A DNA stretch of 61,215 bases, counting the filler, from Sphacelaria rigidula (taxonomy: Eukaryota), in assembly GCA_964200075.2 (NCBI GenBank). It is 9 parts of 9 records of this genome, joined end to end, with 100 filler letters (N's around TTAATTAATTAA, not from the genome) between each part and the next. Parts side by side here need not be neighbours in the genome. Positions count along the whole stretch, not along the records: positions 34,069 to 40,780 come from CAXNAA020018467.1; positions 40,881 to 47,592 come from CAXNAA020018468.1; positions 47,693 to 54,404 come from CAXNAA020018469.1; 6 more parts are not named here. The stretch is one strand, 5' to 3'. The notes beneath the pieces were generated by a model. The model was not told the origin of the DNA. It saw nothing but the letters and a program-made list of their open reading frames with translations, and did no database searches. How positions within the stretch are numbered: the first letter of the stretch is position 1; the number at the start of each line of letters is the position of its first letter. This document shows, piece after piece, positions 36,603 to 50,408 of this stretch. The position numbers and the translations under genes are program-made.

Positions 36603-36852
36603 TGTCATGGGTATAATAACACCGGTTAAACGTACTTCATATTATTAACGCAGTACCTTACTCCTTCTTAAGTGTTCCTGGCAAAATGGGGCTGGGAACG
36701 TTCTCAACTCATCGACGGTGAGAAGACATGATGGGATGAACTGACAGCATCAATTTTTCCTCATGATATGAGCGTGGACATCAAAGAGGAAAGACGAACA
36801 GGGGTGGAACAGGGAAACAAGAGAACATGGCAGCAAATTTGATCACATGACA
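36603..36852 (-). mobile_element. 250-bp 5' LTR of R1
   Basis: Perfect TGTCATG...CATGACA termini immediately upstream of the gag ORF. Confidence 0.7.
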
Positions 36853-39473
36853 GGTTCATGTGAGCATTCGGCTCACATTTCCCTTCATGGGGAATAATCG
36901 GGGATATTCCTCCAATTTTCGGCCTCCTGTCAACCTGCAAGGGCACGCGGGGGGAAATATGGCTCCTATAAACCTGTTCGGCCAAGCACGGCCTTGTTAT
37001 CTTGGGTCTTCGTCCTCCTTCATTTCCCTCTGTGTAGTGATTTCCTGCCTGCCTGTGGGTGAGCCTATTGTATAACGTACGCATACTCCGGACTCACGTG
37101 CATTCCCCAATTCATTCACATGTTGTCTGGCTTCCATGCTAGCATAGTGCATAATGTCCACAATTATTACTTTCGTTGTTCAGTACCAGCCAACCGCCTG
37201 GTTGGTTTCTTCTCGATATATCTCGGCAAAAAAGATGTGTGGAACCCGTAGACCCTCAAGACCAGAAGCCCTGCCCAGACGAACGCAGCCTTGTCTGATG
37301 GTATCATAGCATGCACGGACAGACAAACCGCGTTGGAATTGGATTGTCGATAGGCGCAGAACAGATAGACAACGGGAGATGGTGTAGTGTTCGTCCGGTG
37401 GCCTCGTGCAGGTATCTCTTGTCTCGCAGCACTCTCCGTAGCTGCCCAATTGCGACAGTATTGAGTTGATCACCTCAGCCAGGGTAAACATGGGCGAATT
37501 GTCCCGTTCCTTGAACTATTGATAACTGATTGTGGATCATTCTTGATCCACCGTGCTATTTCCTTTCGATAATATGGAGCGGGTAATCGAAAAGGTGTGC
37601 ACATTCTAGTAGATACTGTCCTAATTGCTACACACTAGTACAACGTGCGCCAGCAAGGGCTAGTTGCACTAACCACTGGTCGCGCGACAGAAGCTTCACG
37701 TTCGACTGTCGACCGCTTTAGAACGGAAATGTTCACCTCTCAACCCTCATATATATAGCGGACCATAACCGATGATTGTTTGCTGGGTTTTCTTCAAAAG
37801 TTGTGAACAAAACTAAACTCCACGGTTGGGTCTGGTTTTTATTTAGTATCGGAACAGATATCCCCCAGCTCTCGAACTATCCAGCAGGGAGAACTGCGAG
37901 GGGTTTACATCCATTTTTCATAACAGTAAACCTCCCGAATATCAATGACCTGCCCCCCCTGACCGGGGGGTGCCGTGTTTCGTCGATTCAAACTTCGCAA
38001 CTTCCTGTTAATGACAATTGTCTGCTCAGTCTGTTGGCAGGCGTGATTCATAATTTGATAGAGACTTGCTAAGGTAGGTCGTGATAAGTTTTAGGGTTTG
38101 ATAGACGGAACGTTTCGATCTTCCGCGCATCGTTAGTTTTAACCGCCACGTTCTTTAGATCATTTTTACCAGACGCGCGGTAGCACTGTGAAACTGCCTG
38201 TACACGACGAGTAACGGTATGCGGTGGCGTTGTGAAGCCGCATCGCGGTCAACATGTCAGGTTTTGAAGTACGGCCCTTCAAGCATGGCTGGCGTTGGCG
38301 AACGGTTGATGTAGCGTCACCAAAACCTGACTGCCCGCCTGGATGCGCTACGGTATTTGTCGTAACGCCATACAGAAGCAGCGGTATTGAATTTCAGTGC
38401 GTTTCAATACAGCTCAATCACTCAATTATCGTGTGATAACATGGGTATGGTCCTGTGTAAATAGTCAGTTTGCCCAGATGCAAGTGTGGGGGAAATTGAC
38501 AGAGGTCTGACCGCTTGGTGTACACAAGTCGGCATACTGAAGATGTACCGGGCCCGAATCTGCTTAATTAATCAGCGTGTGAAGCTCGCATCTCACGTCA
38601 ACCTTCCTGCACCCGATCCGGGTAACCCAAGGTGAATGGAAAGAAGCGCGGCTATGGCGGAGTGTTCACTTGGCGTTGGCTTCAATTTGAAGACCCCTCC
38701 ACAATCAGCCGGAGGACTAACCCATGGAACATATTATCTCGTTTCCCTACTGTCTCACAGCAAAAGTCTCCAAGCCCTCTCAGGTGTCGAAACTTTTCCT
38801 GTCCGTTCTGTTGCGTTGCGTTCACGAATCGCGAACACTGTTTTGGATTGCATGAGCAGCGATACTGTCCTCGTGTTCGTCCCTACCGAAACCAATCTTA
38901 GTCGCACGCAGTGCTGTCTGCACTTCTGTTGAAAACTTCGTGGGTATGTGGACTCTTTCATTTTCGGTGAGACGAATAACGTTCTGTCGCGCTAGTGCCG
39001 TGCGTTGGGCACCTGTACTGTACTGTACTGTAGTTGCGACAGTCAGTACAGTCTGCAGAAAGGATTAATTTGACATCACCACCCCTCCTTTCGGAATAGT
39101 TTAGCCGTACTTGGCGAAGATATCCTCATTTTGTTCCATTATTTCCCATGATCCCAGCGCTATCGTAGATTCACAGGTATCTCACGGTAACCGTAACATG
39201 ATGGCTGAAGAAAACACAACGTTGCTCCTAGAAGCTACGTCGCGCGGCTATCACCGAGCGCACCGCAGCTGTTGCGTGGGGTGGATTTGACAACCGGTGC
39301 AACGGCATAAAGATCCAAGCATCCTCGTTTGAGACCTGTCTAAACAATCCATTCCACTGGATCCGGCTCTTGCTCGAAGTAGCACTCGTGTCACTCAAAG
39401 CATGAAGCGAGGTGCGGCATCTGGGTTTTCCCGCTAAAACCAAGCGGGGGGGTATAACAGCAGCATCGGCTTG

Positions 39474-39763
39474 GTGACTCATCCTACGATAAGGGGGGGG
39501 GTATTTTGGGCCATTTGTTGCTCGAAATTTTCGGTCAGATCGTCGTTGAAAGGAGGAACGATTATTCGAACANNNNNNNNNNTGAAAGCAGCAACGATTG
39601 TTCGAACAGGCTTGTTGTGGATCAATAACGCTCATCCATACCCCCTGACACCGTTTGGAACCAAATACAAGCGCAACGTAAGTGTGGAAGGATGTCTGAC
39701 ACAATTATGAGCCTCTTTTTCCGTGCAACCAAATACTCCCCCCCCTATCGTAGAATGACTCTG
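39474..39763. mobile_element. MITE family M1 (contains a 10-N gap)
   Basis: TCATCCTACGATAAGGGGGGGGTATTT...AAATACTCCCCCCCCTATCGTAGAATGACTCTG. Confidence 0.8.
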
Positions 39764-41099
39764 GTGTGTAACGCACACATCGGCGCTCATTACTCCCAAT
39801 CAACAGCTCACATCAGCAATTGCTTGCTGTGAATACCCCCCTGATTGTTTCGGTTCTTCGCCCCATCGCTGCCAATAAAATCTGATGACATTCGAGGTAA
39901 CACCGACCCGCTGGGCCAGTGTCGCGCGATAGCGGACAGCAATTCGGTGATGCATAGTTCATTCACCGGTGCGGCGTTCACGTACAACACTACAATTTTT
40001 GCTGATGGGTGTAGCCAGCGCCACGTTGCTCCTGCCAGCTGTATTACGCGTCAAAAATCGTGCGTGCAGCTGTTGTATTTAACGGATACAACGTGTAGAG
40101 ACTCATGCCTTCCAACATCAACTCCGCGCTTCCTGCTCAATCAAGAATAGCTGAAAATTCTGACTCTGAACTGTAAGAGCATCGAATCGAACTGCGTGGG
40201 CGGCACGCCGTTTTACTTTACTCAAATAGCATCGCGCACAGGACTAGCGTATGGCCACCTCCGAAGTCACGCTGTGAGCGATCGCTACGCTACCGTTGTG
40301 GACACGCATCTTCAAGCGGTGCAAGCACCCCGGGATGGACCTTAGTCTTGAGATTCATCTCGTAGCCTCAGCTCATGTATCAATTCATATTTCGGTTGAG
40401 TCTCAGTCGACATGCAATATCCCGAGATCATACTGTTATTTATATGGGTATGGGTCCACTGACTCGCGTCATTGGCGGCGCATTTACAACCTCCGCTTAT
40501 TACAGCAGTACGCACGACGAATGTAAACACCCGCCTGAGCCGCTGTCTTATCTTCAAGCATCTTTTTCGCAAGTGCAATTTTTTGTGGCTTCCGGTCCAG
40601 GCTATCATTTCTCTCGCTCTATTGTCCGTTGTTCGGTCAATGATCCCGGGCTGATAATCTCATTAATTGCTGTTATGGCATGTGGAGTTCTGCACGCGTT
40701 TCATGATAGAGGCATATAGCTCTTGCCCGCTGTTGCTTGAGGCGAAGAATTAACAGGGTTGCCAGAAAAATGAGAACGTGNNNNNNNNNNNNNNNNNNNN
40801 NNNNNNNNNNNNNNNNNNNNNNNNTTAATTAATTAANNNNNNNNNNNNNNNNNNNNNNNNNNNNNNNNNNNNNNNNNNNNATTACTATTATTTCCGCACA
40901 TTAGTCCGATCTCGCGAACCCGTGGTCACAGACGTAGGCTCGCCTTTTCAATTTCTCTCTATACCGTTTTTTCATTCCCGCCCACTACCTACATGATGAC
41001 TGCACCCTGCAAGTCATCGCCAGAGGGATACGCAGAACTCATGACAGCAGATCATTTTGTCTTTCCACAGAGCACCTGGTTTTAGGGCGTGGTGAAAAT

Positions 41100-41491
41100 G
41101 ACCACATGGTAGCATGTACACTCCTTCCCGGCTTTTCCGGTCGACCCTGTGGTGGTGTAAATTACTACGTTTTAGTATGGAATTGAGACCCCAAAAACCC
41201 ACCGAAGAAATCGGGAACGGTATACTGAGTGCAAGTCATTTCATATAACCAAGCTCCGACCGCCCTGCGCTTGGAAACCTGCGAAGGCTTATCTGGGCCA
41301 GGGAGAGGGTTCCCACACGATCTTTACAGTGGCATCATACTCGCCAACAACCCCAGCACTGGTCGTTCGGGTCTGGTCGATAAATTTCGCCTCGCCGTGA
41401 TTGGGCAGGTCGCTCGAAGGTTTGTTCTTTATTATTTTACCAACACAGGGTTGAACCTGTGTTAGTGGGGGGTCGGTCCCAAAAGGGTTAA
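41100..41491 (+). mobile_element. Second copy of the 33205-33613 element
   Basis: Sequence similarity; ends CCCAAAAGGG|TTAA. Confidence 0.7.
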
Positions 41492-41977
41492 ACTCCTACG
41501 AGCTGGGAGGGCAGTACATCCCGCATTTGCATCTCCGACCGTAACTCGTGAAGCTTACCAAGTCAGCTTGACTCGAGCATATCGCCATGAACTCCAGACC
41601 ACCCTGGTAATGCACGGCATGGCCGCTGGTCGATTGGCAAAGTTTGGGCAATTATGTTTTTGTACTGCATTGAGTACCGGGAACGTCTCGTGTCGTTGTG
41701 TGAGAGCGTGTCCGATGACGTTTCGTTCCACCAAATGTGGTGGAAATACGGTAGATAATTACGCCACACAGGCATCCGTTGACTCAACATGAGCAGGCAA
41801 AAGCACACTGGTATGGGTAGTGCTGCAAGATGGCATCAAGGTTGTCAACACCTACATCATGGGAGAGAACCTCCCAGCCGACGGTTATTTGCCACCGTAA
41901 GAGGGAGAAGTACTACCTCAAACCGCGCTACACACCCCTCAGATGCAAGGCGCTATGCCAGACTAAGCGCAAAACAA

Positions 41978-42058
41978 AAAGGGTCGTGTAGGGATTCGAA
42001 CTCGTGACCTCTGTAATAGGAGGCGGTCCTGGCAGTTTGACCACCGAGTGCCACACGA
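41978..42058 (-). mobile_element. tRNA-derived SINE head or pseudo-tRNA
   Basis: A-box-like TGGCACTCGGTGG and B-box GAGTTCGAATCC; related B-box at about 45755-45785; other tRNA-like starts at 26752 and 47542. Confidence 0.5.
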
Positions 42059-44214
42059 AAATTTGCATGCTGTGGGCAATTCGAACAGTTAGGCGCTGCA
42101 ATTTCGACATAACATTTTCATCATCACTACGCACAAACATTTCTGGGGATGCATCCCCCCCATTTTTTTTTCACGAAGTTGCATTCTTCTAGTTTTTGCG
42201 GACACATCAAATCGCCCCAACTTCCTGTTTTTTCTTCACTTGTCTTTGCATCCCGAGATATGTTGTGCGTCATGATAAAAATGTTTTGTAGAACATTGGA
42301 GCGCCTACCTCTTCGAATTGCCCACAGAATCGCAAAAATACATTCAAAAAGCGCCGTCGGCTGGCCCAGCCTGTATCGTACTTTAAAGCTGGTCTATATT
42401 TTGTGTGCCAAATATGTTCGCTAGTGACATTTGACGCCTACGGTTCTGCACCAGGTGTTGATCTAAATAATTGAGCTAACAGACGTCACATCTCTGCAAC
42501 TGAAGTTGGTTCAGGTATTGAATGCATGTTGTTCAACTCACAGCACAGCGGTAGAGCACACTGTTTTCGAGAGATGGAACAAGTTGACCACGACTCATGA
42601 ACAACAAACTGACGTGTGTGGTGCACCAATAACAATCCATGAGGCAGCCGAGTTCTCGTGGTGCGTGCACCCACGCCGAACGCCACAGGAAGGGAGTTGG
42701 AAAAGATCTGGTCACTCAACCAGTTATCTATGCAAATTAAATTACTTTAACCCTTAGACGAGCGTCGCCTCGGAACAGTTGTACAGGCCGACAGTCCCGA
42801 GATATCCGGGGGTTTCCAGGGCTTAGGGGGGGTGATTTTTGAGGGGGGGGAGGGTGTCTCTCCGCAGAGCATCGGAGAAGCTCACGGAGTCATCCATGTG
42901 TATTTGGAAGTTTCACGCGGAAAATTATGAGCCGTGCACGACGCCCGAGTGGCGCGGGATGACAATTTTGACCGATCACGATCGTCAAAATGAGCACTTT
43001 TGTTGCGGTAGAGGTAGACAGCTAGTAAACACATTCGCTGTCTGCCCTCATGACTCATTTTGATCATGCCAAATCAACCATAGATTATGTAACCAAAAAG
43101 CAGGTGTTGGAGCATCTTCGGTACACTGTCTGTTTGGTACTTACTGCCTGAGCGTCCTACTAGCTCCACACCCTCATCTGGTATACAAAGTTATGGCGCA
43201 ACACGCGAGCGACGGCCACGAGTATCCCACACACGGAGATGTAGACAAGTGCTTCGACTGTGAGGCGACCGCCATCGCCGAGCAATTGCTCTACGGTAGT
43301 AAGGGGCGTTCGCGGCGGTGGTCATGGTGCAATATCCAAACGCTCGCTGCGTACGTACACTCGGCACGTTCAACACTGTAGGATCCAGTACGCTGCAGAC
43401 CGTACGTGCAGCCGCGGCACGATATACTACAGACTGCACAGCAAAAATATGAGGCAAAATAATCAGGTGGTCGACAACCACACCACCGTCTGTGATATGA
43501 CTCTCACAACTATGTGCCTCTTATGCACTCCCGGTCCCTTCCGCCGTAGAGTAGGCGAAGGCCGCCACAGGGTCAACCAAATTTCGAGGGAGGAGGGGGG
43601 GGGGGAGGCGAACTGAGAGATGCGCCATACCCTGGATTGGCCGGAAAGCATTGTAAGGTAGTATGAAGTATGAAGGCCTCCACAACATGCATTATTTGGA
43701 CGAGTTATCGGACTTGGGTGAATAACTCGTAGATCAACATATCGTTTCCTACCCGCGCTCAATAGCGAGGTCCCAAGGCAACACCAGAACTCAGCTGTCT
43801 CCGAGTGTTACAAGGTAGTATGCTATCTCGGGCAGACGGAGAACATCGAGAATCGGCAAAGGATACATGCTTCTGTAGTCAGCGTCAGAAGTATGCAGGA
43901 TTCGTAATTTTTCGGTTTCTCAAAAGATTTTCCAAATATTTGTTTCGCTTGCCACCGCTCATCACAGTGACTGTTGGATGCCAAAAAATGGGCATCTGGA
44001 GATATTCCAACCCTTTTGATAAATATCGAAAGAAAAAATATCTGCGACCAATATTGAGTGACTTACGGGCTTGACCGACCTTCGGGGGTCCTGCGAAAGT
44101 CCAACCCCAGGTTCTAGCTTCTCTGTATTTTCGGTAGACCGACTCGGTCCGCATCATATAGGTGAAGACTCGAGAAGGATTATTAGTTTCAATCCCACCT
44201 ATTCACTGCGTTAA

Positions 44215-44700
44215 AGCCGGAAAACCATGTTTCTTGGACCATATATGGCCAGTAACACCCTCCTGATAAACGGGTTCTTTACTCCGTATCACCCCAACAA
44301 CACCAACTTGGGTATTGTGATTTGAGCACGGTCTGCTTATTTTGCCACAACTATCGCCGCTTGCACTTTCGAGTGCTCATGGAAAATGTTATGCGAAAAC
44401 CCCCCGAAAAGAGACCATCCGCAGAAAATGCTAGACTAAGGTCTGTACAGTATAGGAGGGAAACACGATCTTGATCGCTTTTGTGAAAAAATTTATACCT
44501 ACTCATGTATCTGAATATTCACCGTTTCGTTGCGGAAGAGCCGGAAAACTGCCTTTATTGGGCCAAAATTGTCAAGAACACCCTCCTGATAAACGGGGTA
44601 TCTAGTCCGTATCGCCTCAAAAACACCAACTTGGGCACTGCAGTATGAGCGCGGCCTACGCTTTCCCCATAAATCTACCGGCGCTAGCACTTTCAAGTAG
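44215..44700. repeat. Two diverged direct repeats of about 160 bp (44215-44375 and 44540-44698)
   Basis: AACACCCTCCTGATAAACGGG...CCGTATC...AACACCAACTTGGG in both. Confidence 0.8.
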
Positions 44701-44854
44701 TAGTGAAGAATAATATTCAAGAAAAACTTGAAAACTACAACAACTACGGATTCTGAAAACTTCTGATACTGACCATACAAAACCGTGATGTTTTCCACCA
44801 CCTCGCAGTTGCCCTGAGATATCACCTAGAAAAAAAGAAAACGACACCTGGGCA

Positions 44855-45162
44855 TTGTCTGAGCATAAGGTTATGACATATATAAATAGGTAGTGCACTT
44901 GTTTCTGTTCCGATTATCCCATACAAAAATGTACATGAAAATGATAAAAATAAGTCGTCCGTGACCCACAGACGGTGCAGTTGGATATATACGTGAACAA
45001 AATATATACACAGGCAGTGCAACTGTTGCTGTTCCGATTGTGTCCCATACTAAAATATACATGAAAACAATCTCAACTGAACCGTCTGTGTGTCACAAAC
45101 GATGACGAATATCCCAGCGAGTGCACCATTTATGTATATATGTCATAACCTTTGGTCTGAGC
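44855..45162. mobile_element. MITE-like unit with inverted ends and two internal direct repeats of about 100 bp
   Basis: AGGTTATGACATATATAAATA versus TATGTATATATGTCATAACCT; GTTCCGATT..TCCCATAC.AAAAT.TACATGAAAA twice. Confidence 0.6.
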
Positions 45163-45956
45163 TATGAGAATCTGTACTTGACGCGTTGCCTGAGGTGATA
45201 AATTCGTGTTTGGCTCAGAAATACTAACCATGTATACACACTAGGTGAGATTATTCAGGGTAGGAAAGACACTCCGTGCTTCATTACCTCAATAATCGAA
45301 TGGGGGCGGGGGGCGGAGGGGAGCGAGGCTTGGAGAAAATCTCCAAGCGTCGGACGAATAATGATTTGCCCCGAAATTACTTCTTGTCAGGGTGAATGAT
45401 TCGTACCGTACGAATCGACCCTTGGGCTTTATTTTCAGCGTTGCACCCTAGGCACGCGAAATAGCGCCAACATCGCAGCGAGATCTCGTCAACCCGGGGT
45501 CAATTGTTCTTTCTCTGCCGAAAAGTCAGGTCTCAGACAGCATACATTACGCGATTGAAACCAGGGATAAATCGTCCGACCCTCGGAAATTTCCAAAATG
45601 ACTACGGGCTGGGCCAACAGTAAATCCCGCGTTCGATTTCCACACGACAACTTGTCAAGTTCTTCAGATCAGCGCGACTTGAGCATATCGCTGTGAAGTG
45701 CAGACAAACCTGGTAGAACATGATATGTGACCTTCACGACGGATGAAAAGAAAATCTGTCTGGATTCGAACTCATGACCTCCATAAAGAGTCTCTTTTAT
45801 CACTTGAATTATACGGGCGCAGCCATGTCACACCAAGTGTGGAACGTAAAGCCTAATTTGCAGGTGTTCTTAGCCGAAATTTCACCCGGATGTCGTTGAT
45901 GCAAGTGCTTCCATGTGTTGGAGCGTTGTCATCCTTTCCATTAATTTTTAGGGAAG

Positions 45957-46061
45957 TTAACCCTTAGACCGCGAGATTAGTCTTTCCGGACCATGCATAC
46001 TTTTTTCCACTTGAAATTGATGCCGATTCAACAGAAGACTAACCTCGCGGTCTGGGGGTTA
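45957..46061. mobile_element. piggyBac-type MITE
   Basis: TTAA|CCCTTAGACCGCGAG...CTCGCGGTCTGGGGG|TTA. Confidence 0.8.
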
Positions 46062-48549
46062 CAGCATATTTCTTGCTTTTGCTGAAATTTCAATTCGCTC
46101 AATTTTTTTTTCTTTTTCCCCTGCACTACTAATAAGATTTCGTGGGTTAATAAAAATGTCGTGTCAACATTTCAGCGCCCGAATTACCAATGGCATGTCC
46201 ACTCTTCGTTCAAAAATCACTGTCAGCTAGCCCAGTTCGTACGTGAGATCGACCTTCCTGAATCAGATTATATCCGTTTCAGTCTCCCGGAAGAGCGTCA
46301 TAGTGTACATACTTGAGCCTCGCTCCGAGTTCAGCGACGTGATATTTTCCCAACACTTAGAGCACATGCAGCTTCAAACGTCCCTAGACCGCTTCATTAT
46401 GGCCCTAAACAACGGATCTCGTCGAAATAGGCATTTTGGCGATCCAGGGACATTCTCGGCCGAAATACGGGTCTCTGAAGGATCAGTGTGTTGTCATCCC
46501 ATTTGGATCGGAGAAGGCGCGCTATTCGATCGATCAACACAATCAATCAACGGGACTTGTCAGCGGGTTTCGCCACTCGGAAAATATTCCAATCTCAGAG
46601 AAGCACGTTTTTTCTCGGATTCAGACACCGAAGGTCCAACCCGGCGACTTGAAGATCGGAACACCGCGAAAGAATCGTCCCGGAGAGTACGTACAGCAGC
46701 CGGGTTTGAAACTGTACAACCCGCTAAGCCCCTTATTCCAGCCAAAAACGCTTCCTTCCTCCGCCCCCCGGAAGCGCCAATATAAGGTCTCTTGAAAGAG
46801 CTATATTTTCAAAATAGCCTGACCGCATCTGGCAGCAATACTATTGGGTTTTACGGTAACTTCCGGGCACATTTGAACTTGAGGTGAAGATATTGAGCTG
46901 TCGTGCATATTTCCCCTCATCCATGTCATCCCCTGCCCTACAATGGACTCGTCAGCATCAAAGGCAAACTCAGTGTTGAGGACCTAATCGTCACAATACG
47001 TGAAGCTGCTGCGAATTGAGGTGGAGAAGCGAGCTCTCAAATTCGAGTCCGACATCTCTAATACCTCATGATACGGAGAGGGTTAGATCAACCTGATTTA
47101 CATGAAACTCGACCTCAAGTTTCCTGTCAGGCGTCCGAGCAAATGTGCGTCCGAGATACTGTAAATGCTCTTTTGGGAATTTAATCTTACTGCTCGAGTG
47201 TTGTGGTCCTTTGCTGTATGAGATTGGAAAAAAACAAGGGGGCCCTGTTGAATCCCCGTCCGAGTCAAGCTCAGGCTTGTCTACTTCATGTAATCACGAT
47301 ACATCAAGGTATTGTTGCGTACCTACGAGCTGGGCCAGCCTAAAAACGGAATTAAGCTCTCAGAGCGATATCTCGACGACACAGACGAGTTGGGCCGTGA
47401 TCCGCATATCATATTAATCGTCTAATCAAGGGGAAGGTGTCGATCTGCTCAAAAGTCTGGGTCAATTTTTTTCTCGTCGATTAAACCCCATGTCCAGTAA
47501 TTTTTATACCGGAGATAGCATCCACACTAAAATGGCCGGTCGCCCCGGTGGCTCAGTTGGTAACCTCGTAACCTTCTGATGGTTGAGTTGGGNNNNNNNN
47601 NNNNNNNNNNNNNNNNNNNNNNNNNNNNNNNNNNNNTTAATTAATTAANNNNNNNNNNNNNNNNNNNNNNNNNNNNNNNNNNNNNNNNNNNNAAGGAGTA
47701 TCCACGCAACTTTTTCGCCATTCCACGTGTCTGGGCTGCGTGTACCTGGGTTGCAATGCTGAAAACAAAGCCTAGGGATTGACTCGTACGAGTCGAATCA
47801 ATCATACTAGAACCAAGTAATTTCCAGACCAATCATTTTTGTCCGACCCTTGAAAAAGTTACAGAGACCGAAAAATTACGGAAAGGGGTTGGGAGAAAAA
47901 TTACTATAATGGGACAGCGCCATGGCTGGGGGTAGAGTATGTGGACTACATGAGAAAGAGACGGAGCATACGCGGGTGAGAACAAAAAAATTCACATGCG
48001 GACTTAAACTTGAGAAAAACGCAGCGGACCTATGTCGGTAGAATGACCAAATCACTGATGGATACGGGGGTACGAAAGCCGTCGATACAAAGGTGAGAAA
48101 CATGATGAGTTGCAGTATGGGAGTTCGGAGGCAGATACGGCACAAGAACCCCACCCCGTCACAGGTTTTGTATTCGTTTTTGGTGGGGAAAGAAAAGTTG
48201 AATAGGGTATCAACAGTGAGATGTTGGGGGGCGACGCTGTGTGGGGCCCAGAAGAAACTGACAAAACACGTAAAGGGCGCGTGACGGTAAGAGTACCACA
48301 TTCATCAACGGGGCAAACGTTATTATTGACCGCCGAGGAGAATATTTTCGTGCGCGGTACGAGATTATCAGCGTGTCATCGCTCTCCTCTGCACAGCTTC
48401 CAACTATTTTCGTACGCTGTTTTCATCTCTCCTCCGTGCCCTACAACAGGTATGCAGTAGTCATCGCAGACAGGGCCTGCGCATGTATATCTTGACAGTC
48501 CAAGGGCGGGCTGACAGGCGGCAAGACCGCGCGAACAGCAAAAACATAC

Positions 48550-48621
48550 CTCATTTTCCCGTCTGCTTCAACAACTAGAGGTTGTTGCAAAGTAGTACAA
48601 TACAGCTTCACCGCCACATGG
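48550..48621 (-). CDS. Possible internal exon, unknown protein
   Basis: CAG|C-HVAVKLYCTTLQQPLVVEADGKM-AG|GTATGT, phase 2/2. Confidence 0.4.
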
Positions 48622-49628
48622 CTGATATTGGGCGAAGAATCACTTCTTGGACTCACACCGATTCCATCATGTCTGGTACCCCAAGTGTTCGGGTTACGAG
48701 CTCTCCTCGAGACGAAAACATGAGCAGACCGTTGCCGAGATAGCCCCCCCCCCCCACCCCCGAACCGGACCGGCCTAAAAAGTGCGCGGAGGCGATGATC
48801 ATAAATGCCGTTGAATCTGGTTTCGTGCTGCACGATGCCACTCATTTGGGCGTCATAGCTGATTTAGGACTACCATACGCCTATCATGTGGGCGAAATTG
48901 CTGCAAACGAGCCCAACAGTGGGATCGCAGCCGGTTTGTCGGACGGTCTCCGGTGCACTTTTTCTGGGGGGAGGCAGCTATCTCGGCATCAGTCAGCTGA
49001 AAGACAAAAGCGAGCAGCAAAGCTTGTCTGCCCACACCAACCAGTTTGCGCCCGAAGATCGCATCTTACGAAATAGAAATCGATAATGGCTTTGTGGCAG
49101 TGCGCGTGATTACGAGGGCTCACAACCTCATCATCACGGGTAATCACCCACTCCTATCGAAGGCAAAAAGAGAAACGATTATGATATCGTGACGGTGTGA
49201 CCCTCACACGATAAACCAGTGCACCACACCCCCACGAGAAGTGAGCGAGTACAGGAACGGATCCATAAGGCATGCCACCGAGGGGAGTGTAGGGGCTGTA
49301 CCCGAGCGCTGTGCTCGGGAGAGCCCGAACGAGGCTGGTAGGAAGGACATTTCGAGCAGTTCTTTCTTATGAAAGTGCTATGGATGAAGCTGCTAGGGCG
49401 TCAGCAGCTGCGTGGATCTTGTGGGGGACCAGTAGCTGTGTATAGCTCGGGGTGGGGCTGGATCAGCCGGTGTCGATACTGCTGCTGCTGTTGCTGCTGC
49501 TTCTGTTGCTCGTGCGAGAGACGCTCCGCGATTCGACCGTGCATAACGCTGATGCACCTTGCGCGCGATTGCCACGCTGCGGGGAATCCCTGCCCGTACT
49601 ACCCGCCGATGGGTCCATGGTTGCTCAC

Positions 49629-49706
49629 TCGGCGAGGGTCTGGGATACAGAGACGAGAACAAGGTCTCCTCGTACATTGGGTTCAGCATAGCGGCGGGTG
49701 TTCAAC
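49629..49706 (-). CDS. Possible internal exon, unknown protein
   Basis: CAG|G-LNTRRYAEPNVRGDLVLVSVSQTLA-GA|GTGAGC; phase-compatible with 48550-48621. Confidence 0.35.
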
Positions 49707-50408
49707 CTGCCGTTGGAGTTTGGGGATTCATACCGAGATAGTTTGCAAAAGGGAATCAATTCTGGATAGGTTGCTTTTGTTGAAAGCTACGCAGGTGTGG
49801 CTAGCTGCACCTAATTCATGCCGTGTACACGGGCGTACATGACGATGCCACCGGAGGAGCAACGGCGAACGGGAAGCTCGTCGCCCGTGCGCCGTGTGTC
49901 TTTGTGGTGGTGACGTGATGTCAGTCTCTCCCGCGATTGGGAATCGCCGAACGTACATAATTTCCCAGCCCTTCCGTCGGCTCAAGAACGGAAGGCGATT
50001 GTTTGCGCAGTCCGAAGGACAAAGTCAGGTTGCCGCATATTGACTGATGCACTCGTGCCATGCCTGTGGCGTCGAGCAGTACAAAGATCGATTCCTTTCC
50101 GCCTCTCATTTTCGACGGGACGTGACCCTGTGCGCAAGAGAACATGTCGTCGAAGCAGAGGGCGATGTTCCTGTCACCGCTGTTCCCTTGTCACATACAC
50201 ACCCGTGAGCAATGACCGGTCTGCGAAGATCTAATCGCGTGTGGGGGGGGTGCTACCGTTGATTGTGCCCTGCGCATAGCCCAAGGATCGCTGTACACAT
50301 CCGGGTTGGGGGGGTGTAGCAGAGAACCCACGGCCATGGAAGCTTTCTTTGGATGCAGAGCGAAGCAAGATACCTCTGGCGGTGACTTAGCTGCCGCTGG
50401 CGTGACCC

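Noticed and set aside
43193..43381. LINE RT remnant (DVDKCFD)
   Set aside because: Single weak motif with no convincing downstream RT motifs
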